A stretch of DNA of 58,403 nt, from assembly GCA_965372795.1 (NCBI GenBank), contig CBDVDR010000021.1:1-58403 (forward strand), given 5' to 3'. Below are positions 8,960 to 19,185 of the stretch, piece after piece (positions within the stretch are counted from its first letter, which is position 1; each line of letters begins with the position of its first letter). Position numbers and translations under genes: made by a program. This DNA is from an uncultured bacterium (GTDB lineage: Bacteria > Zixibacteria > MSB-5A5 > GN15 > FEB-12). The notes below the pieces were generated by a model. It saw only the letters and a list, made by a program, of their open reading frames with translations. It was not told where the DNA came from and did not search any database.

Positions 8960-11272
8960 CTATATCCTAAACAGATATTGTAATTTTGCAAAAAACTGAC
9001 GAGATGAGGTTTTCCAGGTCGAATCAACCAGAGTATCATAATTCTCGGGTTTGTAATTTTGAGTTCGGTTTGTCATTCCGACATAAAAGACAGTAAATGG
9101 ATTCAATTTATAAGTCAAAAGAGGTTCAATGTCGACCCGTTCTGAGAAATCATTATACTGCACAACCAGTCGGATAAACCATTCACGAGTAAATTGATAA
9201 CTAAATTTGGTTCTCAGAATATACCCTGCGAAAAGTTCAGCGTTATCTTTACGGCTGTTCATTTTTTGGAAATCAAAATTCGGCTGTATATACAATCGCT
9301 GGGTCGGTTTAATATTTAAGTAAAATCCATACGATTTGCTATCCGCCATTTCAGGAGTACCCCTGTAAATTCTTCGACCAATTCCAAAATTAAATCCACC
9401 ATTAATTTTATCAGTATACCGGTTACTGACTCGCATAGAAAATTGGCTGATATCATCAAATAGCAAATCATGAAATCTCTCCCGACTTTTCATATACTCT
9501 ACTTTAATGTCAGTTTCGCCCCTAAATTTCACATTAACCCAGCCGTTGATCCATTCATCGCGGAATTTTCCATCATGATTCCAGACTCTGCCCATGTGCA
9601 TTCCGGGTCCCCATTCGATAATTATATCGTTATTTGGTTGAAAACCTAAATTTTGAATGAAAAACAGTTCCCGCCGACCATTTCGATTGAAAAAACCGTT
9701 GTCGGCTCGAAAGGTAGGACTCGATTCACGATAATCTATATCAAAACGGTAATAACGTGAATTATATCCAATATTTGAATATATAGAGTGTCCTGAAAAT
9801 TCCTCGCCATCAAGTGCCACGGTTTTGCGATCACGATCAAAATAAACCTGACCGTAACCATCCTCTTCAGTTGTATCAATCAAATCTGGAGCAACCGATT
9901 CAACAATATTGCTCCCGAGAATTTGCCATTTTATTCCTAAATTTTGGGTAAATTTCAACCGTCCATCAACGCCATAAATCGTGCCGGAACCACCCTCTTG
10001 CTTATTTCCGTCTACGGAGAAATTATCCATCCTGCGATCAGTTATCATGATACCGAAAAATGAATCCCTCAAAAAAGTTTGACGCATTCTTAAAATATTA
10101 GATGTACTTTTACCGGCAAGAGTTTGAATACTTCGTTCTTCTAATGGAATTACTACCGGAGAAGTTTCATCACGGGCAAGCAAGTATGCAACCGAGGTTC
10201 GATTGAATTGTCCGGTAAATTTCATCGCCACCTGTGGATCATTTATCGAACGAGTATAGGCTACATTAGTATATGTATCAAACAGATCGCTTCCTTCCTG
10301 AAAAAACGGTCGCCGTTCAGGAAAAAACAGACCAAAAGTTGTGTTAATATCTATCTGGGCAACATCCGATTCCACCTGTGAAAAATCGGGATTATAGGTT
10401 AATTCAATCGATGAATTTGAGGTCAGTCCATATCTGGCATTTAAAGAAATATCAGCATCCGGATCCTGATTATCAATCGGATCAAATGGATCTTCCCGCG
10501 AACTTGATTGCATTGCAACTATATTAGGTAAAAAATCTATATTACTGCTTGGTTTAATATTTTTTATCCCTGAAACAGTTCCCCATTGACAAATAAAACA
10601 AGGGTCATTTCTATCCTGTGCAGCCCAGGCGTATCTTCTTCTGACATCGCGCTGATGATCACGCCAGAAATTTACTCGCCAAATTTGAACTTTTTTATCA
10701 GGAAAACGCAAAGAGGAAAAAGGTATGGCTAATTCCACCTGATATCCGCTATCGGTGACCATCCCTTTTGATTCAAACACGATATCGAAAGACATATCCT
10801 CATTCCCCGAGTTAACCATCCGTAAATCACCCTGAATGCCAAGGGGATTAACAAATATTTCATAACCCCAGGCAAAATCTCCATAAGTATCAATCATCAC
10901 CCCAAAATAATCATCCTGAAAAATATTATCACGATCTCTCATTGAGACTCTTACAGTTGAAGGATCATCTTTTGCAATTAAAGCAACGTAAAGATTTTCT
11001 TTATCATAAGTCATCCATGCTTCTGACTGAACCGGTGGTTTGATCTGATCACCGGGGGAAACCTCGGAGAAATTAGTTGCTCTGGCTGCAGACTGCCAAC
11101 CTTCGTCATTGATAAAACCATCAATTATAATTTTACCCGCAGCAGGCTTAATATCCAGCTTAGGATCAAATTGGGGCGTGAAATCATTATTTGTTTGAGA
11201 TAAAACAGAACTTACAAGCAGTAAAATTAACGCTAAAGCTGATATAACCAATGATCGACTTAATTTCATCAT
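8960..11272 (-). CDS. CBM9-like/DUF5916 outer-membrane protein
   Basis: Signal peptide, IDG..DE.W, DTYGD, YQVELAIPFSSLRF, NPDFSQVESD, FPERRPFFQEG, beta-barrel-like C-terminus. Confidence 0.82.
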   Translation of the reverse strand: MMKLSRSLVISALALILLLVSSVLSQTNNDFTPQFDPKLDIKPAAGKIIIDGFINDEGWQSAARATNFSEVSPGDQIKPPVQSEAWMTYDKENLYVALIAKDDPSTVRVSMRDRDNIFQDDYFGVMIDTYGDFAWGYEIFVNPLGIQGDLRMVNSGNEDMSFDIVFESKGMVTDSGYQVELAIPFSSLRFPDKKVQIWRVNFWRDHQRDVRRRYAWAAQDRNDPCFICQWGTVSGIKNIKPSSNIDFLPNIVAMQSSSREDPFDPIDNQDPDADISLNARYGLTSNSSIELTYNPDFSQVESDVAQIDINTTFGLFFPERRPFFQEGSDLFDTYTNVAYTRSINDPQVAMKFTGQFNRTSVAYLLARDETSPVVIPLEERSIQTLAGKSTSNILRMRQTFLRDSFFGIMITDRRMDNFSVDGNKQEGGSGTIYGVDGRLKFTQNLGIKWQILGSNIVESVAPDLIDTTEEDGYGQVYFDRDRKTVALDGEEFSGHSIYSNIGYNSRYYRFDIDYRESSPTFRADNGFFNRNGRRELFFIQNLGFQPNNDIIIEWGPGMHMGRVWNHDGKFRDEWINGWVNVKFRGETDIKVEYMKSRERFHDLLFDDISQFSMRVSNRYTDKINGGFNFGIGRRIYRGTPEMADSKSYGFYLNIKPTQRLYIQPNFDFQKMNSRKDNAELFAGYILRTKFSYQFTREWFIRLVVQYNDFSERVDIEPLLTYKLNPFTVFYVGMTNRTQNYKPENYDTLVDSTWKTSSRQFFAKLQYLFRI

Positions 11273-11374
11273 AACTCCCAATAAAAATTGTAACTGTCAA
11301 ACTGATGGATGTATTTCTTAAGATACTTTTTGAACAGACCTATATTATTCATCTCCTTTTTCATAGTCTATCTT

Positions 11375-11400
11375 TACTTAAAGATCATGGTTTTGTTTCC
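11375..11400 (-). promoter_or_regulatory. ECF-type promoter candidate
   Basis: GGAAAC-N16-AGTA on the - strand upstream of the DUF5916 gene. Confidence 0.35.
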
Positions 11401-11413
11401 CTTTGCTTGGTAT

Positions 11414-11450
11414 AAAAAAACCGCCGGGATTTGATAATTCAGACGGTTTT
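11414..11450 (-). terminator. Intrinsic terminator candidate
   Basis: AAAACCG...CGGTTTT imperfect stem just downstream of the STAS gene. Confidence 0.55.
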
Positions 11451-11470
11451 AAATATTTTATTGAATAATT

Positions 11471-11806
11471 TTAGCTGAAAGTGGCTAAAGCTTCTTCACG
11501 AGAATCAAAATGTTCAAAAACCGAAATTAAACGAGTAATTGTCAAAATCGATTCAATCTTCGTAATATTAGCAAGAACTAACCGACCTTCAGAATTTTTA
11601 ACAGTAGTTAAGGCAGAAATTAACATACCCAGACCAACTGAGTTCATCCATTCAACTTTTTTCAAATCGACAACAAAATTGTTTTTATTGTGATTGATGT
11701 ATTCATGAATTTTACCATGAAATAAAGTAGTCTCTTCACCACCCATAATTTTTCCGGATACATTCAGAATCACGACATTTCCTTCCAGACGATCATCAAA
11801 CTTCAT
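11471..11806 (-). CDS. STAS-domain anti-sigma factor antagonist
   Basis: VVDLKKVEWMNSVGLGMLI with the conserved Ser, ILTITRL; 111 aa. Confidence 0.92.
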   Translation of the reverse strand: MKFDDRLEGNVVILNVSGKIMGGEETTLFHGKIHEYINHNKNNFVVDLKKVEWMNSVGLGMLISALTTVKNSEGRLVLANITKIESILTITRLISVFEHFDSREEALATFS

Positions 11807-12078
11807 AACTTTTATCCTTCTATACTTTAGTTAATTATTTCCATTATTACGTAAAACTATTGTGATTTGTGGCAATATAGATATCTCCAAATCTAATATC
11901 AAGCCATTTTTATAAGAACAAATTACCTGTAAAGATTTTAAAATCATATATTTGTTATAATTCTACTTCTCAAATTTCTATTATCAATAAATAATGGATA
12001 TCATTTCTGAATAACAATTTAAATATCATTATGTTCCCTTAATTGCAAACTATCAGCATTACACAATTATTTTTACAT

Positions 12079-12106
12079 AAAAAAAATGGCACTTAAAAAA
12101 GTGCCA
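12079..12106 (-). terminator. recA terminator
   Basis: TGGCACTT-AAAA-AAGTGCCA preceded by an A8 run on +. Confidence 0.85.
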
Positions 12107-12135
12107 CTTCATATTATTCAAAATAGTCTTTCAAA

Positions 12136-13233
12136 CTATTCCTTAGATGATTCGGGATTTTCTTCTTTTTCTTCAGTTTCTTCTGAAGGTACCATTCCCA
12201 ATTTCTGTTTGACCTTTAAATCAATTTCGTTGTAGATTTCAATGTTGTCTTCAATGAATTTTTTTGAATTCTCACGACCCTGGCCTAATCGTTCAGACCC
12301 GTATGAAAACCAGGCGCCAGCCTTATCAACAATACCATGGTGAACGGCCAAATCTATCAGTTCCCCACTTCGAGATACTCCCACTCCATAAATAATATCA
12401 AATTCTGCTTCTTTAAACGGTGGTGCAACTTTATTTTTTACTACCCGAACTCTGGTTCGGGAACCGATCACTTCCTGATCATTTTTTATAGTTGCAATTC
12501 TGCGAATATCTAATCTAATCGTAGAATAAAATTTCAGTGCATTACCACCGGTTGTAGTCTCCGGATTACCAAACATAACACCAATTTTCATCCTGATCTG
12601 ATTGATAAATACAACCACTGTTTTTGATTTTGAAATAATCGCAGTTAATTTCCTAAGAGCTTGAGACATAAGCCTTGCTTGAAGACCCATATGAGAGTCG
12701 CCCATATCACCTTCAATTTCTGATTTTGGGGTTAAAGCCGCCACAGAATCTATAACGATTAAATCTACTGCTCCCGATCGTACAAGGGTTTCTGTTATTT
12801 CAAGAGCCTGTTCCCCGGTATCTGGCTGTGATATCAGAAGATTATCAATATCGACACCAAGTTTACGCGCATAAGAAGCATCAAGAGCATGTTCAGCATC
12901 AATAAATGCTGCAGTACCGCCCACTTTTTGTGCCTCGGCTGTAATATGAAGGGCTATTGTGGTTTTTCCTGATGATTCCGGACCATAAACTTCGATTACT
13001 CTGCCACGCGGAATTCCGCCGACACCCAAAGCATAATCGATTCCTAACGATCCGGTCGAAATTACTTCCATTTCATGAACAACACTATCACCAAGCCTCA
13101 TTATTGAGCCTTTACCAAATGATCTTTCGATCTGGGTCAGAGCAGCCTCTAAAGCCTTAGCACGATCAGTAGATGGAGCCACCGGTGCCAATTCGGATTT
13201 GCCTTTCTTTATTTTCATCTTCCTACTTTCCAT
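12136..13233 (-). CDS. recA: Recombinase RecA
   Basis: [47 protein letters not shown]. Confidence 0.99.
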   Translation of the reverse strand: MESRKMKIKKGKSELAPVAPSTDRAKALEAALTQIERSFGKGSIMRLGDSVVHEMEVISTGSLGIDYALGVGGIPRGRVIEVYGPESSGKTTIALHITAEAQKVGGTAAFIDAEHALDASYARKLGVDIDNLLISQPDTGEQALEITETLVRSGAVDLIVIDSVAALTPKSEIEGDMGDSHMGLQARLMSQALRKLTAIISKSKTVVVFINQIRMKIGVMFGNPETTTGGNALKFYSTIRLDIRRIATIKNDQEVIGSRTRVRVVKNKVAPPFKEAEFDIIYGVGVSRSGELIDLAVHHGIVDKAGAWFSYGSERLGQGRENSKKFIEDNIEIYNEIDLKVKQKLGMVPSEETEEKEENPESSKE

Positions 13234-13323
13234 ATTTATTATTTATTTTCCATAATTAAAGCTAAATTAAGATTTATTTAATAATAAATATATCACATTT
13301 TACGTTAGTTTTGAAATAAAATT

Positions 13324-13354
13324 AGTATATAAGACTGACAAAGAACGTCAGTTT
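13324..13354 (-). promoter_or_regulatory. Probable recA promoter overlapped by a GAAC-N4-GTTY (LexA-like) box
   Basis: CTGACG-N16-TATACT on -; GAACgtcaGTTT at 13343-13354 covers the -35. Confidence 0.55.
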
Positions 13355-13444
13355 TTATTTATATTTATAACATATAAGACAAATATTGACTGTTTTTATA
13401 AGTTATTATCATTTCACACTTTTAGTAATAATTAATCAAATATA

Positions 13445-13485
13445 TGTAATTTATTGCACAATTCTTTAGTAGACTGTAACAGTCT
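13445..13485. promoter_or_regulatory. Candidate upstream activator sites for the sigma54 promoter
   Basis: TGT-N10-ACA at 13445-13460 and the perfect inverted repeat AGACTGT-A-ACAGTCT at 13471-13485. Confidence 0.45.
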
Positions 13486-13569
13486 TTTTATTGCTCTTTT
13501 TATTGCTTCCTATCGCATTGTCATACAGCAGGTTACCGAGGCTATTAATTAACCAAATAAGTCAATTAA

Positions 13570-13585
13570 TGGCATTGTAATTGCT
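13570..13585 (+). promoter_or_regulatory. Sigma54 (-24/-12) promoter
   Basis: TGGCATTGTAATTGCT gives GG-N10-GC, 46 bp upstream of the ATG at 13632. Confidence 0.8.
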
Positions 13586-13631
13586 AACATATATATCAGA
13601 TCAGTTTATTCTTATTAATATAGAGGCAAAT

Positions 13632-14285
13632 ATGAAGAAAATTATTTTAACATTACTGATGTTGTTATTTGCATTTACTGTTTCGAACGCAGTACCAAAC
13701 TTGCAAATTTACATCCCCGGCGCATCTTATGATTTGGACAGTCAAACTTGGGTTACTTCTGAAACTGAATTTGAAGTTTGGGTTATAGCAGCCAATTTGG
13801 ATCGAGGCGCAATTTATGATATAACTCTGGTTGCAGCCTTAAACTCCGACGAAACTCCTATTGATGGCGGACTTACTATGTCGCTTGATGGCGGTCCAAC
13901 TATGACTTATAACGCTGCTGACTTTACTTTTGGCACACCTCCGACCGGACCGGAAGATATTCCAACACACGGTATTTATCCTACCAACTATGTACAACAT
14001 TTGACTGCCGCAGTAACTACGGCTGGTCCGTTTGTACCTGTACAGGATTATGTTCCTGGTGGTGACGGCGGTACTGATTTGCAAGGTCAAATTTTTAAAT
14101 ATACTGTCACAAGTTCATATTTTAGTATTCACTTTGATGCGATGGGTTACTACAAAGATCCTGACGGAAAGCTTATAAAGGCTCCTTTCTCTCATGATGG
14201 TGAGTCCACAGTTCCAGAACCGGCTTCTCTTTTACTAATGGGTCTGGGCTTAGGCGCTTTTGGTATCTCTCGCAAGAAGAAATAA
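13632..14285 (+). CDS. PEP-CTERM sorting-signal protein (possibly choice-of-anchor N family)
   Basis: Signal peptide MKKIIL..SNA; C-terminal VPEPASLLLMGLGLGAFGISRKKK; GAGG SD before 13632. Confidence 0.9.
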   Translation: MKKIILTLLMLLFAFTVSNAVPNLQIYIPGASYDLDSQTWVTSETEFEVWVIAANLDRGAIYDITLVAALNSDETPIDGGLTMSLDGGPTMTYNAADFTFGTPPTGPEDIPTHGIYPTNYVQHLTAAVTTAGPFVPVQDYVPGGDGGTDLQGQIFKYTVTSSYFSIHFDAMGYYKDPDGKLIKAPFSHDGESTVPEPASLLLMGLGLGAFGISRKKK

Positions 14286-14312
14286 ATTTTTTTTTGATCC
14301 CTCCCCCTTATG

Positions 14313-14343
14313 AAAAAAGCGATTCACTCGAATCGCTTTTTTT
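14313..14343 (+). terminator. Intrinsic terminator
   Basis: AAAAAAGCGATTC-ACTC-GAATCGCTTTTTTT. Confidence 0.9.
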
Positions 14344-14475
14344 GTTATTAACTCTAAAGCTATTAAAAAATCATTGACGAATTGCCCATTTTAAAAGACA
14401 TTAACAGTAGGATATATTCACTTTATAATTATCCTGAATAGTTAGATTAAAAGACAAGGTTATTTAGAAAAATTT

Positions 14476-17400
14476 ATGAAATATTCGAATTTTATACATC
14501 TTCATACTCATAGTCAATATTCACTGCTTGATGGTGCTTGTCGATTAGACTCTGCAATAAAACTGGCCAAAGAATACAAAATGCCTTCTTTGGCAATTAC
14601 TGATCATGGCAACATGTTCGGAGCTATTGAGTTTTATACAAAAGCAATTTCTGCCGGTATTAAACCGATAATAGGTTGTGAAGCCTATATTGCCGGGGGA
14701 AGCAGACTGGACAAAAAACCGTCTAACATTCATCCTGACGGTGGATACCATCTGGTTTTACTGGTTAAAAATATGATTGGGTACCAAAACTTGATGAAAC
14801 TTTCAAGTTATGGTTTTTTAGACGGATTTTATCATCGTCCCAGAATTGATAAACAGATTTTACGGGAACACTCAGAAGGATTAATTGCAACCTCAGCCTG
14901 TATGAGAGGTGAAGTAAACTGGAATCTACTGGCGGGCGAAACCGAATTAGCCGCTGCAACAGCCCGCGAATATCAGGATATTTTTGGTGAAGGGAATTTT
15001 TTCTTAGAGATACAGAATCATGGATTAGAAAAAGAAGAAATCCTGATTCCAAAAATTGATGCTATTGCCCGTGAGACCGGTATACCTTTGGTTGCTACCA
15101 ATGATTGTCACTATTTACAGCAAAAGGATGCCGAAGCACACGACGCATTGTTGTGTATTCAAACCGGTAAATTTGTCAGTGATACGGATCGGATGAAATA
15201 TAATTCGGACCAAATTTATTTTAAATCACCGGATGAAATGAATTACCTGTTCGGGGATTTTAAAGAAGCAATTGAAAATACGGTTCGTATTAGCGAAGCC
15301 TGTAACATCGAAATTGAACTCGGCAATTTAAAACTCCCTATTTTTCCAATCCCAAAACCGTTTGTAGATGCCGATGAATTTCTTTTACATCTCTGTATTG
15401 AAGGGCTCAATGAACGGTATGGTGAAATCAACGAGGAAGTTCAAACCCGTCTTGATTATGAACTTGGTGTCATCAGACAAATGGGTTACGCCGGTTATTT
15501 TCTAATTGTAAAAGATTTTTGTGATTATGCCCGCAATAACGGTATTCCTGTTGGTCCCGGACGTGGCTCGGCAGCAGGTTCGCTGGTATCGTACGCCCTG
15601 AGAATAACTAATGTCGACCCGATAAAATTCGGTCTTCTTTTTGAGCGTTTTCTAAATCCCGAACGGATTTCAATGCCTGATATAGATATTGATTTTGCTG
15701 ACCGCGGACGGGATAAAATCATTCAGTACGTTATTGAAAAATATGGCAAAGAAAATGTCTGCCAAATTATTACTTTCGGTACTATGGCAGCACGAGGAGT
15801 TATCCGCGATGTTGGCCGGGTATTGAGTGTTCCTTATGGAGAAGTAGACAAGCTTGCAAAAATGATCCCGGAGGGACCAGGGATTACCCTTGACGCTGCT
15901 CTTAAGAAGGTTCCAGAACTTAGAGAGCTTCGCAAAAATGATAAGCGAATTGATAAACTACTTACATACGCCTTAACTCTTGAGGGACTGGCTCGTCATT
16001 GTTCCACACATGCTGCCGGTGTTGTTATTGCTCCTTCGGCCTTAACAAATTATGTCCCGCTCTTTAAAGGGTCCAAGGACGAAATAACAACCCAATATGA
16101 TATGAATATGGTCGAGAAAATCGGTTTGCTCAAAATGGATTTTCTCGGATTAAGAACTTTGACCGTTATTGATGACACCTTGAAGATGGTTGAAAAAAAC
16201 CATGGTAAAAAAATAGATATCGATAATATTCCTCTTGAGGATCCGGAAGTTTATAAAATTTTTGCAAAGGGAAACACGATTGGCGTTTTCCAGTTTGAAT
16301 CATCAGGGATGCGTGATTATCTCAAAAAATTAGGTCCGGAATCTTTTACAGACATAACTGCCATGAATGCTCTGTATCGTCCCGGTCCGCTTGATTCCGG
16401 TATGATCAACACTTATATCGAATGCAAACATGGTCATCAAAAAATTGAATTCCTTCACCCGGTTCTAAAAGAAATCCTGGGCGACACCTATGGCGTTATT
16501 GTTTTTCAGGAACAGGTTTTAAAAATTGCCAATAACCTTGCCGGTTACAGCCTTGGAAGAGCTGATTTACTCCGCAAAGCGATGGGTAAAAAAGATGCTA
16601 ATTTGATGGCTCAGCAGAAGAAGGAATTTCTAGAAGGTGCCGATTCCAAAAAAATTGATCGGAAAATTTCAACAGAAGTATTTAACCAGATTGAAACATT
16701 CGCCCGCTATGGTTTCAACAAAGCTCACTCGACTTGCTATGCCTTTATTGCCTATCAAACCGCCTGGTTAAAATTTTATTATCCCAATGAATTTATGGCT
16801 GCTCTGATGACTTCTGAAATGAATACTACCGACCGTATTTATATTCTTTTGGAAGAATGCCGCCGGATGGGGATAGAAGTACTTCCACCTGATATAAATG
16901 AATCAAATATTGATTTCTATGTTGTTGAAGGCAAAATCCGGTTTGGATTGAAAGCAATTAAAAATGTCGGTGAAAACCCATCTCAAGCAATAGTTTCTGA
17001 ACGGAAAAAAGATGGTCCCTTTGCAAACCTTCCTGATCTGGTTACCCGTTTACCGCTCAGGTCTCTGAACCGACGAATACTTGAATCGCTGATCTCGGCC
17101 GGTGCCTGTGATGCCCTGGATGGAGAGAGGGCACAACAACACAGTATTGTAGAAGCAATTCTTGAGTACGCCCACAAAGTCGCCGCTCATTCCAACAGCC
17201 ATGATCTGTTTGCTGATTCCGGCGATATAGTGACCAGAGTAGCTCCGGCACTACCGGAAGGTCTTGAATGGAGCAGTTCTGAAAAACTTGCCAATGAAAA
17301 AGCTATGCTCGGCTTTTATATTTCCGGGCACCCGTTGGATAAATATCGGAATACTTTAAAATCATTTACAAATCTAACAATGGATAATTTAACTAATGCT

Positions 17401-17916
17401 GTTGATGGTCGAGAAGTTACCGTTGGGGGAATTATTGCTTCTGTTAAACAGTTGACCGATAAAAAAGGAAATCTGATGGCTTTTGTAACGCTTGAAGATT
17501 ACAACGGCACAGTGGAACTCATACTCTTCTCAGATTGTTATGAGAAGTGTCGGGAATATATTGAAGAAGATAAAATGGTGCTGGTTGCCGGTAAAATTTC
17601 AACCCGCGAAGAAGAATCGGCAAAAGTTTTATGTTCAGAAGTCCTTGCTTTAGAACGGCTTGCCGACAAATACAAGTGTCAGCTGGTTATTAAAGTGGGC
17701 GAGTATAGTTCCGATAAAATTATTGATGAAGCTTTGGAGTCGCTTCAAAATTATAAAGGCAGCACCCCGGTACTATTTGCTGCAACCATTAATAGTTCTG
17801 AGGTGTATATAAAGTCAAAGAAGTATTCTGTTAATACAGATTTTGAGATGCTTAAAAATTTAAAAGATATATTAGGCGATTCGTCAGTATACCTTAGACC
17901 AATGGGTAAAATGTAA
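14476..17916 (+). CDS. dnaE: DNA polymerase III alpha subunit
   Basis: PHP domain (HLHTHSQYSLLDG, ITDHGNM), GPGRGSAAGS, MPDIDIDF, KMDFLGL, YGFNKAHS, OB fold. Confidence 0.99.
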   Translation: MKYSNFIHLHTHSQYSLLDGACRLDSAIKLAKEYKMPSLAITDHGNMFGAIEFYTKAISAGIKPIIGCEAYIAGGSRLDKKPSNIHPDGGYHLVLLVKNMIGYQNLMKLSSYGFLDGFYHRPRIDKQILREHSEGLIATSACMRGEVNWNLLAGETELAAATAREYQDIFGEGNFFLEIQNHGLEKEEILIPKIDAIARETGIPLVATNDCHYLQQKDAEAHDALLCIQTGKFVSDTDRMKYNSDQIYFKSPDEMNYLFGDFKEAIENTVRISEACNIEIELGNLKLPIFPIPKPFVDADEFLLHLCIEGLNERYGEINEEVQTRLDYELGVIRQMGYAGYFLIVKDFCDYARNNGIPVGPGRGSAAGSLVSYALRITNVDPIKFGLLFERFLNPERISMPDIDIDFADRGRDKIIQYVIEKYGKENVCQIITFGTMAARGVIRDVGRVLSVPYGEVDKLAKMIPEGPGITLDAALKKVPELRELRKNDKRIDKLLTYALTLEGLARHCSTHAAGVVIAPSALTNYVPLFKGSKDEITTQYDMNMVEKIGLLKMDFLGLRTLTVIDDTLKMVEKNHGKKIDIDNIPLEDPEVYKIFAKGNTIGVFQFESSGMRDYLKKLGPESFTDITAMNALYRPGPLDSGMINTYIECKHGHQKIEFLHPVLKEILGDTYGVIVFQEQVLKIANNLAGYSLGRADLLRKAMGKKDANLMAQQKKEFLEGADSKKIDRKISTEVFNQIETFARYGFNKAHSTCYAFIAYQTAWLKFYYPNEFMAALMTSEMNTTDRIYILLEECRRMGIEVLPPDINESNIDFYVVEGKIRFGLKAIKNVGENPSQAIVSERKKDGPFANLPDLVTRLPLRSLNRRILESLISAGACDALDGERAQQHSIVEAILEYAHKVAAHSNSHDLFADSGDIVTRVAPALPEGLEWSSSEKLANEKAMLGFYISGHPLDKYRNTLKSFTNLTMDNLTNAVDGREVTVGGIIASVKQLTDKKGNLMAFVTLEDYNGTVELILFSDCYEKCREYIEEDKMVLVAGKISTREEESAKVLCSEVLALERLADKYKCQLVIKVGEYSSDKIIDEALESLQNYKGSTPVLFAATINSSEVYIKSKKYSVNTDFEMLKNLKDILGDSSVYLRPMGKM

Positions 17917-17939
17917 ATGAATTATAGATTGGACTGTTT

Positions 17940-18479
17940 ATGAATTTTCTTATCAAAACAATTTTTGCAAGCCTTATGATTTTCGCTTTTGTTGCCATTG
18001 TTGCTTGTGATAATATCATTGCCGGTGACGATACGAAAGAAAGTAATGACAAAGAAATCAATTGGATGGCTTATGACGAAGGTTTAAAAGCTGCCAAAGA
18101 ATCAGAAAAACAAATCGTAATAGACTTCACTGCAAAATGGTGCGGCTGGTGTAAAAAGATGGATAAGGAAGCTTTCTCTGATCCAACCATAATAAAATAT
18201 ATGAATGAAAATTTTATTTCGATACGAGTTGATGGTGATTCAAGAAAAGAATTGGATGTTGACGGTTATAAAATTACCGAACGTGATCTTGCTCGTAAAG
18301 AATTTGGCGTAACCGGATATCCGGCATTCTGGTTTCTTGAACCAGACGGAACTAAAATTGGTCCGGTCAAAGGATACAAACCTACCGATCAATGGATGTC
18401 AGCTTTAACTTTTGTTAAAGATAAGAAATACGAAACTCCTAAAGATTCAAAAACAGAATCCTCTAAAGGTTCAAACTAA
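17940..18479 (+). CDS. Exported thioredoxin-fold protein (SoxW/DUF255-like)
   Basis: WCGWC motif, GYP cis-Pro, signal/lipobox IVAC. Confidence 0.85.
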   Translation: MNFLIKTIFASLMIFAFVAIVACDNIIAGDDTKESNDKEINWMAYDEGLKAAKESEKQIVIDFTAKWCGWCKKMDKEAFSDPTIIKYMNENFISIRVDGDSRKELDVDGYKITERDLARKEFGVTGYPAFWFLEPDGTKIGPVKGYKPTDQWMSALTFVKDKKYETPKDSKTESSKGSN

Positions 18480-18503
18480 TAACTGGATGATTACAGGAAG
18501 ACA

Positions 18504-19037
18504 ATGAAAATATTTACTTTTACTATTATTGCAATTATAAGTTTTGGACTAATTTCTTGCAGTTCAGATAATGAAGCAACTAATAACAAAACTGAAACTA
18601 CTACTCCAAAATCAACAGTTGTTTCAAATTCGTCTACAGTAGACTTTGCCGCTTATGATCTAAACGGAAATTTGCATCAATCAAGCGAATGGATTGGCAA
18701 ACAACCGGTAGTAATAAATTTCTGGGGGACCTGGTGCCCGCCATGCCGCAGAGAGATTCCTGATCTGGTTAAACTGTACGATGAATACAATCAAAAAGGT
18801 ATAGAAATTGTTAGTCTGGCGGTTAAAGATACTCCGGACAAAGTTGATGTGTATAAAGAAAAAGCCGGGATGGGATGGGTGATGCTTATGGGAACTCCTG
18901 CAATTATGATGAGCATGAATGCTACTAAGGGTGTCCCGACAACAATATTTCTCGACAAACAAGGTAACGAAGTTACCCGGTTTGTAGGTATGAGAGATTA
19001 CAATACATTCAAGCAGGCGTTTGAGTCGTTATTGTAA
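18504..19037 (+). CDS. TlpA/ResA-family thiol-disulfide oxidoreductase lipoprotein
   Basis: Lipobox LISC, NFWGTWCPPCRREIP, GVPTT. Confidence 0.9.
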   Translation: MKIFTFTIIAIISFGLISCSSDNEATNNKTETTTPKSTVVSNSSTVDFAAYDLNGNLHQSSEWIGKQPVVINFWGTWCPPCRREIPDLVKLYDEYNQKGIEIVSLAVKDTPDKVDVYKEKAGMGWVMLMGTPAIMMSMNATKGVPTTIFLDKQGNEVTRFVGMRDYNTFKQAFESLL

Positions 19038-19134
19038 AATATAAATTGAATGTGATGGGGTAACGAAGTTACCCGGTTTGTAGGTATGAGAGATTACAAT
19101 ACATTCAAACAGGCGTTTGAGTCGTTATTGTAAA
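18963..19134 (+). repeat. 76-bp direct repeat duplicating the 3' end of the TlpA gene
   Basis: 18963-19038 vs 19059-19134, one mismatch (AAG/AAA), period 96 bp. Confidence 0.97.
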
Positions 19135-19154
19135 GGATAAATTTAAGAATATGG

Positions 19155-19185
19155 AAAAGGCGAGTCAAAAGACTCGCCTTTTTTT
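19155..19185. terminator. Bidirectional intrinsic terminator
   Basis: AAAAGGCGAGTC-AAAA-GACTCGCCTTTTTTT. Confidence 0.9.

Noticed and set aside
12087..12106. TGGCAC as a sigma54 -24 element
   Set aside because: There is no TTGC at -12; it is one arm of the recA terminator hairpin
13581..13631. Longer ORF-track starts (13581; likewise 4617, 28149, 29535, 33645, 47124, 50355)
   Set aside because: Downstream ATGs have SD sites, signal peptides or family N-termini; the 13581 TTG is the sigma54 -12 element
12136..17916. Inteins in RecA or DnaE
   Set aside because: Both have normal lengths and continuous motifs
18963..19134. DGR variable/template repeat pair (3' gene repeat with an A/G mismatch)
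   Set aside because: There is only one synonymous mismatch despite many adenines, no reverse transcriptase in the window, and the target is a TlpA rather than a ligand-binding fold
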